From Eledone cirrhosa (taxonomy: Eukaryota): a stretch of 64,000 nucleotides of DNA. The position numbers were made by a program, and so were the translations under genes. Location: contig OZ024748.1 in the NCBI GenBank assembly GCA_964016885.1, positions 39,122,001 to 39,186,000 on the forward strand, given 5' to 3'. Within the stretch, counting starts at the first letter, position 1; each line of letters opens with the position of its first letter. The notes under the pieces were generated by a model. It was not told the origin of the DNA. It was given only the letters and a program-made list of their open reading frames with translations, and made no database searches. Below are positions 21,508 through 37,100 of the stretch, piece after piece.

Positions 21508-22167
21508 TACAAAGAAGAGAGACGGTTTTATGTATACATCCTCTGCGTATTATATAATCCTGTTTTGTGTATTTCAAAGACATCAAAGTCATTGTATAAT
21601 AACTCTTTAACAGATATATATATAGATATATATATATAAATATAATGAACCAGTTGTCCAAGAGAGTTAATTTATTTCAGGTAAGATATCATAGTTAGTT
21701 TGGACCAAGCCGTTACTATCAAACATGTGATCAAAATCATATTCATAGTTGGGAGAAAAGTCTTCTAAATTCAGATCCGCAATGCTGAAAAGTATGGAAG
21801 GAAAACACAGAAAAAAGACAAATCAATGTTTATGAAGGAACAAGAAAATAAGAGAGGCAAGTTAAAACAATTATATTTCAAAGACTCAATGTATAGTCAT
21901 GACACAAGTATTATAACGGGGAATTGGTAGAGACATTTACTCTTAACGCCTGTTTTACATGAAACCACATTAGTAAGACACTCTTGAAAAGTTCAAAACA
22001 AGACTATGACTGCATCATATTAAGTATTCAAGTCTTTAGTTTACAGCAAATTTTCACAACAGTGTGTCCAATTGTAAAGACACTATAAACATTGGAATAA
22101 ACAAACCAGTTTTTAGATATTTTCTATTGAAGAATTGCAAGATGTTAAGAGTTCAATGTCAGCTTAA

Positions 22168-25100
22168 TTCATTACCATATTTCTCACAAAAGACACTGTA
22201 TGTCATTACCATATTTGTAATGAAAGACAAAGTCTATGTCATTAACCCTTTCATTACCATATTTCTAATGAAAGACACTGTCTATGTCATTAACCCTTTC
22301 ATTACAATATTTCTAATGAAAGACAGTCTATGTCATTAACCCTTTCATTACCATATTTCTAATGAAAGACACTGTCTATGCAATTAACCCTTTCATTAAC
22401 ATATTTCTCACAAAAGCCACTGTTTGTGTCATTGACCATTTCATTACCATATTTCTAATGAAAGACACTGCCTATGTCATTAACCCTTTATTATCATATT
22501 TCTAATGAAAGACACTGTCTATGTCATTAACCCTTTATTATCATATTTCTAATGAAAGACGCTGTCTATGTCATTAACCCTTTCATTAACATATTTCTCA
22601 CAAAAGACACTGCCTATGTCCATATTACCATATATCTAATGAAAGACACTGTCTATGTCATTAACTCTTTCATTACCATATTTCTAATGAAAGACACTGT
22701 CTATTTCATTAACCCTTTCATTACCATATTTCTAATGAAAGACACTGCCAATGTCATTAACCCTTTCATTACCATATTTCTGACACTGTCTATGTCATTA
22801 ACCCTTTGATTATCATATTTCTAATAAAAGACACTGTTTATGTCATTAACCCTATCATTACCTTATTTCTAATGAAAGACACTGTCTATTTCATTAACCC
22901 TTTCATTACCATATTTCTAATGAAAGACACTGTCTATTTCATTAAACCTTTCATTACCATATTTCTAATGAAAGACACTGTCTATGTCATTAACCCTTTC
23001 ATTACCATATTTCTAATGAAAGACACTGTCTATGTCATAAACCCTTTCATTACCATATTTCTAATGAAAGTCACTGTCTATGTCATTAACACTTTCATTA
23101 CCATATTTCTAATGAAAGACACTGTCTATTTCATTAACCCTTTCATTACCATATTTCTAATGAAAGACACTGCCAATGTCATTAACCCTTTCATTACCAT
23201 ATTTCTGACACTGTCTATGTCATTAACCCTTTCATTATCATATTTCTAATAAAAGACACTGTTTATGTCATTAACACTATCATTACCTTATTTCTAATGA
23301 AAGACACTGTCTATGTCATTAACCCTGTCATTACCATATTTCTAATGAAAGACACTGCCAATGTCATTAACCCTTTCATTACCATATTTCTAATGAAAGA
23401 CACTGTCTATGTCATTAACCCTTTCATTACCATATTTCTAATGAAAGACACTGTCTATTTCATTAACACTTTCATTACCATATTTCTAATGAAAGACACT
23501 GGTCTATTTCATTAACCCTTTCATTACCATATTTCTAATGAAAGACACTGTCTATTTCATTAACCCTTTCATTACCATATTTCTAATGAAAGACACTGTC
23601 TATTTCATTAACCCTTTCATTACCATATTTCTAATGAAAGACACTGTCTATTTCATTAAGCCTTTCATTACCATATTTCTAATGAAAGACACTGTCTATT
23701 TCATTAACCCTTTCATTACCATATTTCTAATGAAAGACACTGTCTATTTCATTAAACCTTTCATTACCATATATCTAATGAAAGACACTGTCTATGTCAT
23801 TAACCCTTTCATTACCATATTTCTAATGAACGTCACTGTCTATGTCATTAACACTTTCATTACCATATTTCTAATGAAAGTCACTGTCTATGTCATTAAC
23901 CCTTTCATTACCATATTTCTAATGAAAGTCACTGTCTATGTCATTAACCCTTTCATTACCATATTTCTAATGAAAGTCACTGTCTATGTCATTAACCCTT
24001 TCATTACCATATTTCTAATGAAAGACACTGTCTATGTCATTAACCCTTTCATTACCATATTTCTAATGAAAGTCACTGTCTATGTCATTAAGCCTTTCAT
24101 TGCCATATTTCTAATGAAAGTCACTGTCTATGTCATTAACCCTTTCATTACCATATTTCTAAGGAAAGTCACTGTCTATTTCATTAACCCTTTCATTACC
24201 ATATTTCTAATGAAAGACACTGTCTATGTCATTAACCCTTTCATTACCATATTTCTAATGAAAGTCACTGTCTATGTCATTAACCCTTTCATTACCATAT
24301 TTCTAATAAAATCACTTTCTATGTCATTAACCCTTTCATTACCATATTTCTAATGAAAGACACTGTCTATGTCATTAACCCTTTCATTACCATATTTCTA
24401 ATAAAAGTCACTGTCTATGTCATTAACCCTTTCATTACCATATTTCTAATAAAAGTCACTGTCTATGTCATTAACACTTTCATTACCATATTTCTAATGA
24501 AAGACACTGTCTATTTCATTAACCCTTTCATTACCATATTTCTAATGAAAGACACTGCCAATGTCATTAACCCTTTCATTACCATATTTCTGACACTGTC
24601 TATGTCATTAACCCTTTCATTATCATATTTCTAATAAAAGACACTGTTTATGTCATTAACCCTATCATTACCTTATTTCTAATGAAAGACACTGTCTATG
24701 TCATTAACCCTGTCATTACCATATTTCTAATGAAAGACACTGCCGATGTCATTAACCCTTTCATTACCATATTTCTAATGAAAGACACTGTCTATGTCAT
24801 TAACCCTTTCATTACCATATTTCTAATGAAAGACACTGTCTATTTCATTAACCCTTTCATTACCATATTTCTAATGAAAGACACTGCCAATGTCATTAAC
24901 CCTTTCATTACCATATTTCTGACACTGTCTATGTCATTAACCCTTTCATTATCATATTTCTAATAAAAGACACTGTTTATGTCATTAACACTATCATTAC
25001 CTTATTTCTAATGAAAGACACTGTCTATGTCATTAACCCTGTCATTACCATATTTCTAATGAAAGACACTGCCAATGTCATTAACCCTTTCATTACCATA

Positions 25101-28100
25101 TTTCTAATGAAAGACACTGTCTATGTCATTAACCCTTTCATTACCATATTTCTAATGAAAGACACTGTCTATTTCATTAACACTTTCATTACCATATTTC
25201 TAATGAAAGACACTGGTCTATTTCATTAACCCTTTCATTACCATATTTCTAATGAAAGACACTGTCTATTTCATTAACCCTTTCATTACCATATTTCTAA
25301 TGAAAGACACTGTCTATTTCATTAACCCTTTCATTACCATATTTCTAATGAAAGACACTGTCTATTTCATTAAGCCTTTCATTACCATATTTCTAATGAA
25401 AGACACTGTCTATTTCATTAACCCTTTCATTACCATATTTCTAATGAAAGACACTGTCTATTTCATTAAACCTTTCATTACCATATATCTAATGAAAGAC
25501 ACTGTCTATGTCATTAACCCTTTCATTACCATATTTCTAATGAACGTCACTGTCTATGTCATTAACACTTTCATTACCATATTTCTAATGAAAGTCACTG
25601 TCTATGTCATTAACCCTTTCATTACCATATTTCTAATGAAAGTCACTGTCTATGTCATTAACCCTTTCATTACCATATTTCTAATGAAAGTCACTGTCTA
25701 TGTCATTAACCCTTTCATTACCATATTTCTAATGAAAGACACTGTCTATGTCATTAACCCTTTCATTACCATATTTCTAATGAAAGTCACTGTCTATGTC
25801 ATTAAGCCTTTCATTGCCATATTTCTAATGAAAGTCACTGTCTATGTCATTAACCCTTTCATTACCATATTTCTAAGGAAAGTCACTGTCTATTTCATTA
25901 ACCCTTTCATTACCATATTTCTAATGAAAGACACTGTCTATGTCATTAACCCTTTCATTACCATATTTCTAATGAAAGTCACTGTCTATGTCATTAACCC
26001 TTTCATTACCATATTTCTAATAAAATCACTTTCTATGTCATTAACCCTTTCATTACCATATTTCTAATGAAAGACACTGTCTATGTCATTAACCCTTTCA
26101 TTACCATATTTCTAATAAAAGTCACTGTCTATGTCATTAACCCTTTCATTACCATATTTCTAATAAAAGTCACTGTCTATGTCATTAACACTTTCATTAC
26201 CATATTTCTAATGAAAGACACTGTCTATTTCATTAACCCTTTCATTACCATATTTCTAATGAAAGACACTGCCAATGTCATTAACCCTTTCATTACCATA
26301 TTTCTGACACTGTCTATGTCATTAACCCTTTCATTATCATATTTCTAATAAAAGACACTGTTTATGTCATTAACCCTATCATTACCTTATTTCTAATGAA
26401 AGACACTGTCTATGTCATTAACCCTGTCATTACCATATTTCTAATGAAAGACACTGCCGATGTCATTAACCCTTTCATTACCATATTTCTAATGAAAGAC
26501 ACTGTCTATGTCATTAACCCTTTCATTACCATATTTCTAATGAAAGACACTGTCTATTTCATTAACCCTTTCATTACCATATTTCTAATGAAAGACACTG
26601 GTCTATTTCATTAACCCTTTCATTACCTTATTTCTAATGAAAGACACTGTCTATTTCATTAAACCTTTCATTACCATATTTCTAATGAAAGACACTGTCT
26701 AAGTCATTAACCCTTTCATTACCATATTTCTAATGAAAGACACTGTCTATGTCATTAACCCTTTCATTACCATATTTCTAATGAACGTCACTGTCTATGT
26801 CATTAACACTTTCATTACCATATTTCTAATGAAAGTCACTGTCTATGTCATTAACCCTTTCATTACCATATTTCTAATGAAAGTCACTGTCTATGTCATT
26901 AACCCTTTCATTACCATATTTCGAATGAAAGTCACTGTCTATGTCATTAACCCTTTCATTACCATATTTCTAATGAAAGACACTGTCTATGTCATTAACC
27001 CTTTCATTACCATATTTCTAATGAAAGTCACTGTCTATGTCATTAAGCCTTTCATTGCCATATTTCTAATGAAAGTCACTGTCTATGTCATTAACCCTTT
27101 CATTACCATATTTCTAAGGAAAGTCACTGTCTATTTCATTAACCCTTTCATTACCATATTTCTAATGAAAGACACTGTCTATGTCATTAACCCTTTCATT
27201 ACCATATTTCTAATAAAAGTCACTGTCTATGTCATTAACCCTTTCATTACCATATTTCTAATGAAAGTCACTGTCTATGTCATTAACCCTTTCATTACCA
27301 TATCTCCAATGAAAGACACATTCTATGTCATTAATCCTTTCATTACCATATTTCTAATAGAAGTCACTGTCTATGTCATTAACCCTTTCATTACCATATT
27401 TCTAATGAAAGTCACTGTCTATGTCATTAACCCTTTCATTACCATATCTCCAATGAAAGACACATTCTATGTCATTAATCCTTTCATTACCATATTTCTA
27501 ATAGAAGTCACTGTCTATGTCATTAACCCTTTCATTACCATATTTCTAATGAAAGACACATTCTATGTCATTAATCCATTCATTACCATATTTCTAATGG
27601 AAGTCACTGTCTATGTCATTAACCCTTTCATTACCATATTTCTAATGAAAGACACTCTCTATGTGATTAACCCTGTCATTACCATATTTCTTTATGAAAG
27701 TTACTGTCTATGTCACTAACCCTGTCATTACCATATTTCTAATGAAAGTCACTGTCTATGTCATTAACCCTTTCATTACCATATTTCAAACAAAAGCCAC
27801 TGTTTATGTCATTGACCATTTCATTACCATATTTCTAATGAAAGACATTGTCTATGTCAATAACACATTCATTACCATATTTCTAATGAAAGACACTGCC
27901 TATGTCATTAAAACTTTCATTGCCATATTTCTAATGAAAGACACTGTCTATGTCATTAACCCTGTCATTACTATATTTCTAATGAAAGACACTGCCTATG
28001 TCATTAACCCTTTCATTACCATATTTCTTATGAAAGACACTGTCTATGTCATTAACACTTTATTATCATATTTCTAATGAAAGGCACTGTCTATGTCATT

Positions 28101-31100
28101 AACCCTTTATTATCATATTTCTAATGAGAGACACTGTCTATGTCATTAACCCTTTCATTAACATATTTCTCACAAAAGACACTGCCTATGTCCATATTAC
28201 CATATATCTAATGAAAGACACTGTCTATGTCATTAACCCTTTCATTACCATATTTCTAATGAACGTCACTGTCTATGTCATTAACACTTTCATTACCATA
28301 TTTCTAATGAAAGTCACTGTCTATGTCATTAACCCTTTCATTACCATATTTCTAATGAAAGTCACTGTCTATGTCATTAACCCTTTCATTACCATATTTC
28401 TAATGAAAGACACTGTCTATGTCATTAACCCTTTCATTACCATATTTCTAATGAACGTCACTGTCTATGTCATTAAGCATTTCATTGCCATATTTCTAAG
28501 GAAAGTCACTGTCTATTTCATTAACCCTTTCATTACCATATTTCTAATGAAAGACACTGTCTATATCATTAACCCTTTCATTACCATATTTCTAATGAAA
28601 GTCACTGTCTATGTCATTAACCCTTTCATTACCATATTTCTAATAAAAGTCACTGTCTATGTCATTAACCCTTTCATTACCATATTTCTAATGAAAGACA
28701 CTGTCTATGTCATTAACCCTTTCATTACCACCATATTTCTAATAAAAGTCACTGTCTATGTCATTAACCCTTTCATTACCATATTTCTAATGAAAGTCAC
28801 TGTCTATGTCATTAACCCTTTCATTACCATATCTCCAATGAAAGACACATTCTATGTCATTAATCCTTTCATTACCATATTTCTAATAGAAGTCACTGTC
28901 TATGTCATTAACCCTTTCATTACCATATTTCTAATGAAAGACACTGTCCATGTCATTAACCCTTTCATTACCATATTTCTAATAAAAGTCACTCTCTATG
29001 TCATTAACCCTTTCATTACCATATTTCTAATGAAAGACACTGTCTATTTCATTAAACCTTTCATTACCATATTTCTAATGAAAGACACTGTCTATGTCAT
29101 TAACCCTTTCATTACCATATTTCTAATGAAAGACACTATCTATGTCATAAACCCTTTCATTACCATATTTCTAATGAAAGTCACTGTCTATGTCATTAAC
29201 ACTTTCATTACCATATTTCTAATGAAAGACACTGTCTATTTCATTAACCCTTTCATTACCATATTTCTAATGAATGACACTGCCAATGTCATTAACCCTT
29301 TCATTACCATATTTCTGACACTGTCTATGTCATTAACCCTTTCATTATCATATTTCTAATAAAAGACACTGTTTATGTCATTAACCCTATCATTACCTTA
29401 TTTCTAATGAAAGACACTGTCTATGTCATTAACCCTGTCATTACCATATTTCTAATGAAAGACACTGCCGATGTCATTAACCCTTTCATTACCATATTTC
29501 TAACGAAAGACACTGTCTATGTCATTAACCCTTTCATTACCATATTTCTAATGAAAGACACTGTCTATTTCATTAACCCTTTCATTACTATATTTCTAAT
29601 GAAAGACACTGGTCTATTTCATTAACCCTTTCATTACCATATTTCTAATGAAAGACACTGTCTATTTCATTAACCCTTTCATTACCATATTTCTAATGAA
29701 AGACACTGTCTATTTCATTAACCCTTTCATTACCATATTTTTAATGAACGTCACTGTCTATGTCATTAACACTTTCATTACCATATTTCTAGTGAAAGTC
29801 ACTGTCTATGTCATTAACCCTTTCATTACCATATTTCTAATGAAAGTCACTGTCTATGTCATTAACCCTTTCATTACCATATTTCGAATGAAAGTCACTG
29901 TCTATGTCATTAACCCTTTCATTACCATATTTCTAATGAAAGACACTGTCTATGTCATTAACCCTTTCATTACCATATTTCTAATGAAAGTCACTGTCTA
30001 TGTCATTAAGCCTTTCATTGCCATATTTCTAATGAAAGTCACTGTCTATGTCATTAACCCTTTCATTACCATATTTCTAAGGAAAGTCACTGTCTATTTC
30101 ATTAACCCTTTCATTACCATATTTCTAATGAAAGACACTGTCTATGTCATTAACCCTTTCATTACCATATTTCTAATGAAAGTCACTGTCTATGTCATTA
30201 ACCCTTTCATTACCATATTTCTAATAAAAGTCACTGTCTATGTCATTAACCCTTTCATTACCATATTTCTAATGAAAGACACTGTCTATGTCATTAACCC
30301 TTTCATTACCATATTTCTAATAAAAGTCACTGTCTATGTCATTAACCCTTTCATTACCATATTTCTAATGAAAGTCACTGTCTATGTCATTAACCCTTTC
30401 ATTACCATATCTCCAATGAAAGACACATTCTATGTCATTAATCCTTTCATTACCATATTTCTAATAGAAGTCACTGTCTATGTCATTAACCCTTTCATTA
30501 CCATATTTCTAATGAAAGTCACTGTCTATGTCATTAACCCTTTCATTACCATATTTCTAATGAAAGACACATTCTATGTCATTAATCCATTCATTACCAT
30601 ATTTCTAATGGAAGTCACTGTCTATGTCATTAACCCTTTCATTACCATATTTCTAATAAAAGTCACTGTCTATGTCATTAACCCTTTCATTACCATATTT
30701 CTAATGAAAGTCACTGTCTATGTCATTAACCCTTTCATTACCATATCTCCAATGAAAGACACATTCTATGTCATTAATCCTTTCATTACCATATTTCTAA
30801 TAGAAGTCACTGTCTATGTCATTAACCCTTTCATTACCATATTTCTAATGAAAGTCACTGTCTATGTCATTAACCCTTTCATTACCATATTTCTAATGAA
30901 AGACACTGTCTATGTCATTAACCCTTTCATTACCATATTTCTAATGAAAGTCACTGTCTATGTCATTAACCCTTTCATTACCATATTTCTAATAAAAGTC
31001 ACTGTCTATGTCATTAACCCTTTCATTACCATATTTCTAATGAAAGACTCTGTCTATGTCATTAACCCTTTCATTACCATATTTCTAATAAAAGTCACTG

Positions 31101-34100
31101 TCTATGTCATTAACCCTTTCATTACCATATTTCTAATGAAAGTCACTGTCTATGTCATTAACCCTTTCATTACCATATCTCCAATGAAAGACACATTCTA
31201 TGTCATTAATCCTTTCATTACCATATTTCTAATAGAAGTCACTGTCTATGTCATTAACCCTTTCATTACCATATTTCTAATGAAAGTCACTGTCTATGTC
31301 ATTAACCATTTCATTACCATATTTCTAATGAAAGACACATTCTATGTCATTAATCCATTCATTACCATATTTCTAATGGAAGTCACTGTCTATGTCATTA
31401 ACCCTTTCATTACCATATTTCTAATGAAAGACACTGTCTATGTCATTAACCCTTTCATTACCATATTTCTAATGAAAGTCACTGTCTATGTCATTAACCC
31501 TTTCATTACCATATTTCTAATAAAAGTCACTGTCTATGTCATTAACCCTTTCATTACCATATTTCTAATGAAAGACTCTGTCTATGTCATTAACCCTTTC
31601 ATTACCATATTTCTAATAAAAGTCACTGTCTATGTCATTAACCCTTTCATTACCATATTTCTAATGAAAGTCACTGTCTATGTCATTAACCCTTTCATTA
31701 CCATATCTCCAATGAAAGACACATTCTATGTCATTAATCCTTTCATTACCATATTTCTAATAGAAGTCACTGTCTATGTCATTAACCCTTTCATTACCAT
31801 ATTTCTAATGAAAGTCACTGTCTATGTCATTAACCATTTCATTACCATATTTCTAATGAAAGACACATTCTATGTCATTAATCCATTCATTACCATATTT
31901 CTAATGGAAGTCACTGTCTATGTCATTAACCCTTTCATTACCATATTTCTAATGAAAGACACTGTCTATGTGATTAACCCTGTCATTACCATATTTCTTT
32001 ATGAAAGTTACTGTCTATGTCACTAACCCTGTCATTACCATATTTCTAATGAAAGTCACTGTCTATGTCATTAACCCTTTCATTACCATATTTCAAACAA
32101 AAGCCACTGTTTATGTCATTGACCATTTCATTACCATATTTCTAATGAAAGACATTGTCTATGTCAATAACACATTCATTACCATATTTCTAATGAAAGA
32201 CACTGCCTATGTCATTAAAACTTTCATTGCCATATTTCTAATGAAAGACACTGTCTATGTCATTAACCCTGTCATTACTATATTTCTAATGAAAGACACT
32301 GCCTATGTCATTAACCCTTTCATTACCATATTTCTTATGAAAGACACTGTCTATGTCATTAACACTTTATTATCATATTTCTAATGAAAGGCACTGTCTA
32401 TGTCATTAACCCTTTATTATCATATTTCTAATGAGAGACACTGTCTATGTCATTAACCCTTTCATTAACATATTTCTCACAAAAGACACTGCCTATGTCC
32501 ATATTACCATATATCTAATGAAAGACACTGTCTATGTCATTAACCCTTTCATTACCATATTTCTAATGAACGTCACTGTCTATGTCATTAACACTTTCAT
32601 TACCATATTTCTAATGAAAGTCACTGTCTATGTCATTAACCCTTTCATTACCATATTTCTAATGAAAGTCACTGTCTATGTCATTAACCCTTTCATTACC
32701 ATATTTCTAATGAAAGTCACTGTCTATGTCATTAACCCTTTCATTACCATATTTCTAATAAAAGTCACTGTCTATGTCATTAACCCTTTCATTACCATAT
32801 TTCTAATGAAAGACACTGTCTATGTCATTAACCCTTTCATTACCATATTTCTAATAAAAGTCACTGTCTATGTCATTAACCCTTTCATTACCATATTTCT
32901 AATGAAAGTCACTGTCTATGTCATTAACCCTTTCATTACCATATCTCCAATGAAAGACACTTTCTATGTCATTAATCCTTTCATTACCATATTTCTAATA
33001 GAAGTCACTGTCTATGTCATTAACCCTTTCATTACCATATTTCTAATGAAAGACACTGTCCATGTCATTAACCCTTTCATTACCATATTTCTAATAAAAG
33101 TCACTCTCTATGTCATTAACCCTTTCATTACCATATTTCTAATGAAAGACACTGTCTATTTCATTAAACCTTTCATTACCATATTTCTAATGAAAGACAC
33201 TGTCTATGTCATTAACCCTTTCATTACCATATTTCTAATGAAAGACACTGTCTATGTCATAAACCCTTTCATTACCATATTTCTAATGAAAGTCACTGTC
33301 TATGTCATTAACACTTTCATTACCATATTTCTAATGAAAGACACTGTCTATTTCATTAACCCTTTCATTACCATATTTCTAATGAAAGACACTGCCAATG
33401 TCATTAACCCTTTCATTACCATATTTCTGACACTGTCTATTTCATTAACCCTTTCATTATCATATTTCTAATAAAAGACACTGTTTATGTCATTAACCCT
33501 ATCATTACCTTATTTCTAATGAAAGACACTGTCTATGTCATTAACCCTGTCATTACCATATTTCTAATGAAAGACACTGCCGATGTCATTAACCCTTTCA
33601 TTACCATATTTCTAATGAAAGACACTGTCTATGTCATTAACCCTTTCATTACCATATTTCTAATGAAAGACACTGTCTATTTCATTAACCCTTTCATTAC
33701 CATATTTCTAATGAAAGACACTGGTCTATTTCATTAACCCTTTCATTACCATATTTCTAATGAAAGACACTGTCTATTTCATTAACCCTTTCATTACCAT
33801 ATTTCTAATGAAAGACACTGTCTATTTCATTAACCCTTTCATTACCATATTTTTAATGAAAGACACTGTCTATTTCATTAAGCCTTTCATTACCATATTT
33901 CTAATGAAAGACACTGTCTATTTCATTAACCCTTTCATTACCATATTTCTAATGAAAGACACTGTCTATTTCATTAAACCTTTCATTACCATATTTCTAA
34001 TGAAAGACACTGTCTATTTCATTAACCCTTTCATTACCATATTTCTAATGAAAGACACTGTCTATGTCATTAACCCTTTCATTACCATATTTCTAATGAA

Positions 34101-37100
34101 CGTCACTGTCTATGTCATTAACACTTTCATTAACATATTTCTAATGAAAGTCACTGTCTATGTCATTAACCCTTTCATTACCATATTTCGAATGAAAGTC
34201 ACTGTCTATGTCATTAACCCTTTCATTACCATATTTCTAATGAAAGACACTGTCTATGTCATTAACCCTTTCATTACCATATTTCTAATGAAAGTCACTG
34301 TCTACGTCATTAAGCCTTTCATTGCCATATTTCTAATGAAAGTCACTGTCTATGTCATTAACCCTTTCATTACCATATTTCTAAGGAAAGTCACTGTCTA
34401 TTTCATTAACCCTTTCATTACCATATTTCTAATGAAAGACACTGTCTATGTCATTAACCCTTTCATTACCATATTTCTAATGAAAGTCACTGTCTATGTC
34501 ATTAACCCTTTCATTACCATATTTCTAATAAAAGTCACTGTCTATGTCATTAACCCTTTCATTACCATATTTCTAATGAAAGTCACTGTCTATGTCATTA
34601 ACCCTTTCATTACCATATCTCCAATGAAAGACACATTCTATGTCATTAATCCTTTCATTACCATATTTCTAATAGAAGTCACTGTCTATGTCATTAACCC
34701 TTTCATTACCATATTTCTAATGAAAGTCACTGTCTATGTCATTAACCATTTCATTACCATATTTCTAATGAAAGACACATTCTATGTCATTAATCCATTC
34801 ATTACCATATTTCTAATGGAAGTCACTGTCTATGTCATTAACCCTTTCATTACCATATTTCTAATGAAAGACACTGTCTATGTGATTAACCCTGTCATTA
34901 CCATATTTCTTTATGAAAGTTACTGTCTATGTCACTAACCCTGTCATTACCATATTTCTAATGAAAGTCACTGTCTATGTCATTAACCCTTTCATTACCA
35001 TATTTCAAACAAAAGCCACTGTTTATGTCATTGACCATTTCATTACCATATTTCTAATGAAAGACATTGTCTATGTCAATAACACATTCATTACCATATT
35101 TCTAATGAAAGACACTGCCTATGTCATTAAAACTTTCATTGCCATATTTCTAATGAAAGACACTGTCTATGTCATTAACCCTGTCATTACTATATTTCTA
35201 ATGAAAGACACTGCCTATGTCATTAACCCTTTCATTACCATATTTCTTATGAAAGACACTGTCTATGTCATTAACACTTTATTATCATATTTCTAATGAA
35301 AGGCACTGTCTATGTCATTAACCCTTTATTATCATATTTCTAATGAGAGACACTGTCTATGTCATTAACCCTTTCATTAACATATTTCTCACAAAAGACA
35401 CTGCCTATGTCCATATTACCATATATCTAATGAAAGACACTGTCTATGTCATTAACCCTTTCATTACCATATTTCTAATGAACGTCACTGTCTATGTCAT
35501 TAACACTTTCATTACCATATTTCTAATGAAAGTCACTGTCTATGTCATTAACCCTTTCATTACCATATTTCTAATGAAAGTCACTGTCTATGTCATTAAC
35601 CCTTTCATTACCATATTTCTAATGAAAGTCACTGTCTATGTCATTAACCCTTTCATTACCATATTTCTAATAAAAGTCACTGTCTATGTCATTAACCCTT
35701 TCATTACCATATTTCTAATGAAAGACACTGTCTATGTCATTAACCCTTTCATTACCATATTTCTAATAAAAGTCACTGTCTATGTCATTAACCCTTTCAT
35801 TACCATATTTCTAATGAAAGTCACTGTCTATGTCATTAACCCTTTCATTACCATATCTCCAATGAAAGACACTTTCTATGTCATTAATCCTTTCATTACC
35901 ATATTTCTAATAGAAGTCACTGTCTATGTCATTAACCCTTTCATTACCATATTTCTAATGAAAGACACTGTCCATGTCATTAACCCTTTCATTACCATAT
36001 TTCTAATAAAAGTCACTCTCTATGTCATTAACCCTTTCATTACCATATTTCTAATGAAAGACACTGTCTATTTCATTAAACCTTTCATTACCATATTTCT
36101 AATGAAAGACACTGTCTATGTCATTAACCCTTTCATTACCATATTTCTAATGAAAGACACTGTCTATGTCATAAACCCTTTCATTACCATATTTCTAATG
36201 AAAGTCACTGTCTATGTCATTAACACTTTCATTACCATATTTCTAATGAAAGACACTGTCTATTTCATTAACCCTTTCATTACCATATTTCTAATGAAAG
36301 ACACTGCCAATGTCATTAACCCTTTCATTACCATATTTCTGACACTGTCTATTTCATTAACCCTTTCATTATCATATTTCTAATAAAAGACACTGTTTAT
36401 GTCATTAACCCTATCATTACCTTATTTCTAATGAAAGACACTGTCTATGTCATTAACCCTGTCATTACCATATTTCTAATGAAAGACACTGCCGATGTCA
36501 TTAACCCTTTCATTACCATATTTCTAATGAAAGACACTGTCTATGTCATTAACCCTTTCATTACCATATTTCTAATGAAAGACACTGTCTATTTCATTAA
36601 CCCTTTCATTACCATATTTCTAATGAAAGACACTGGTCTATTTCATTAACCCTTTCATTACCATATTTCTAATGAAAGACACTGTCTATTTCATTAACCC
36701 TTTCATTACCATATTTCTAATGAAAGACACTGTCTATTTCATTAACCCTTTCATTACCATATTTTTAATGAAAGACACTGTCTATTTCATTAAGCCTTTC
36801 ATTACCATATTTCTAATGAAAGACACTGTCTATTTCATTAACCCTTTCATTACCATATTTCTAATGAAAGACACTGTCTATTTCATTAAACCTTTCATTA
36901 CCATATTTCTAATGAAAGACACTGTCTATTTCATTAACCCTTTCATTACCATATTTCTAATGAAAGACACTGTCTATGTCATTAACCCTTTCATTACCAT
37001 ATTTCTAATGAACGTCACTGTCTATGTCATTAACACTTTCATTAACATATTTCTAATGAAAGTCACTGTCTATGTCATTAACCCTTTCATTACCATATTT

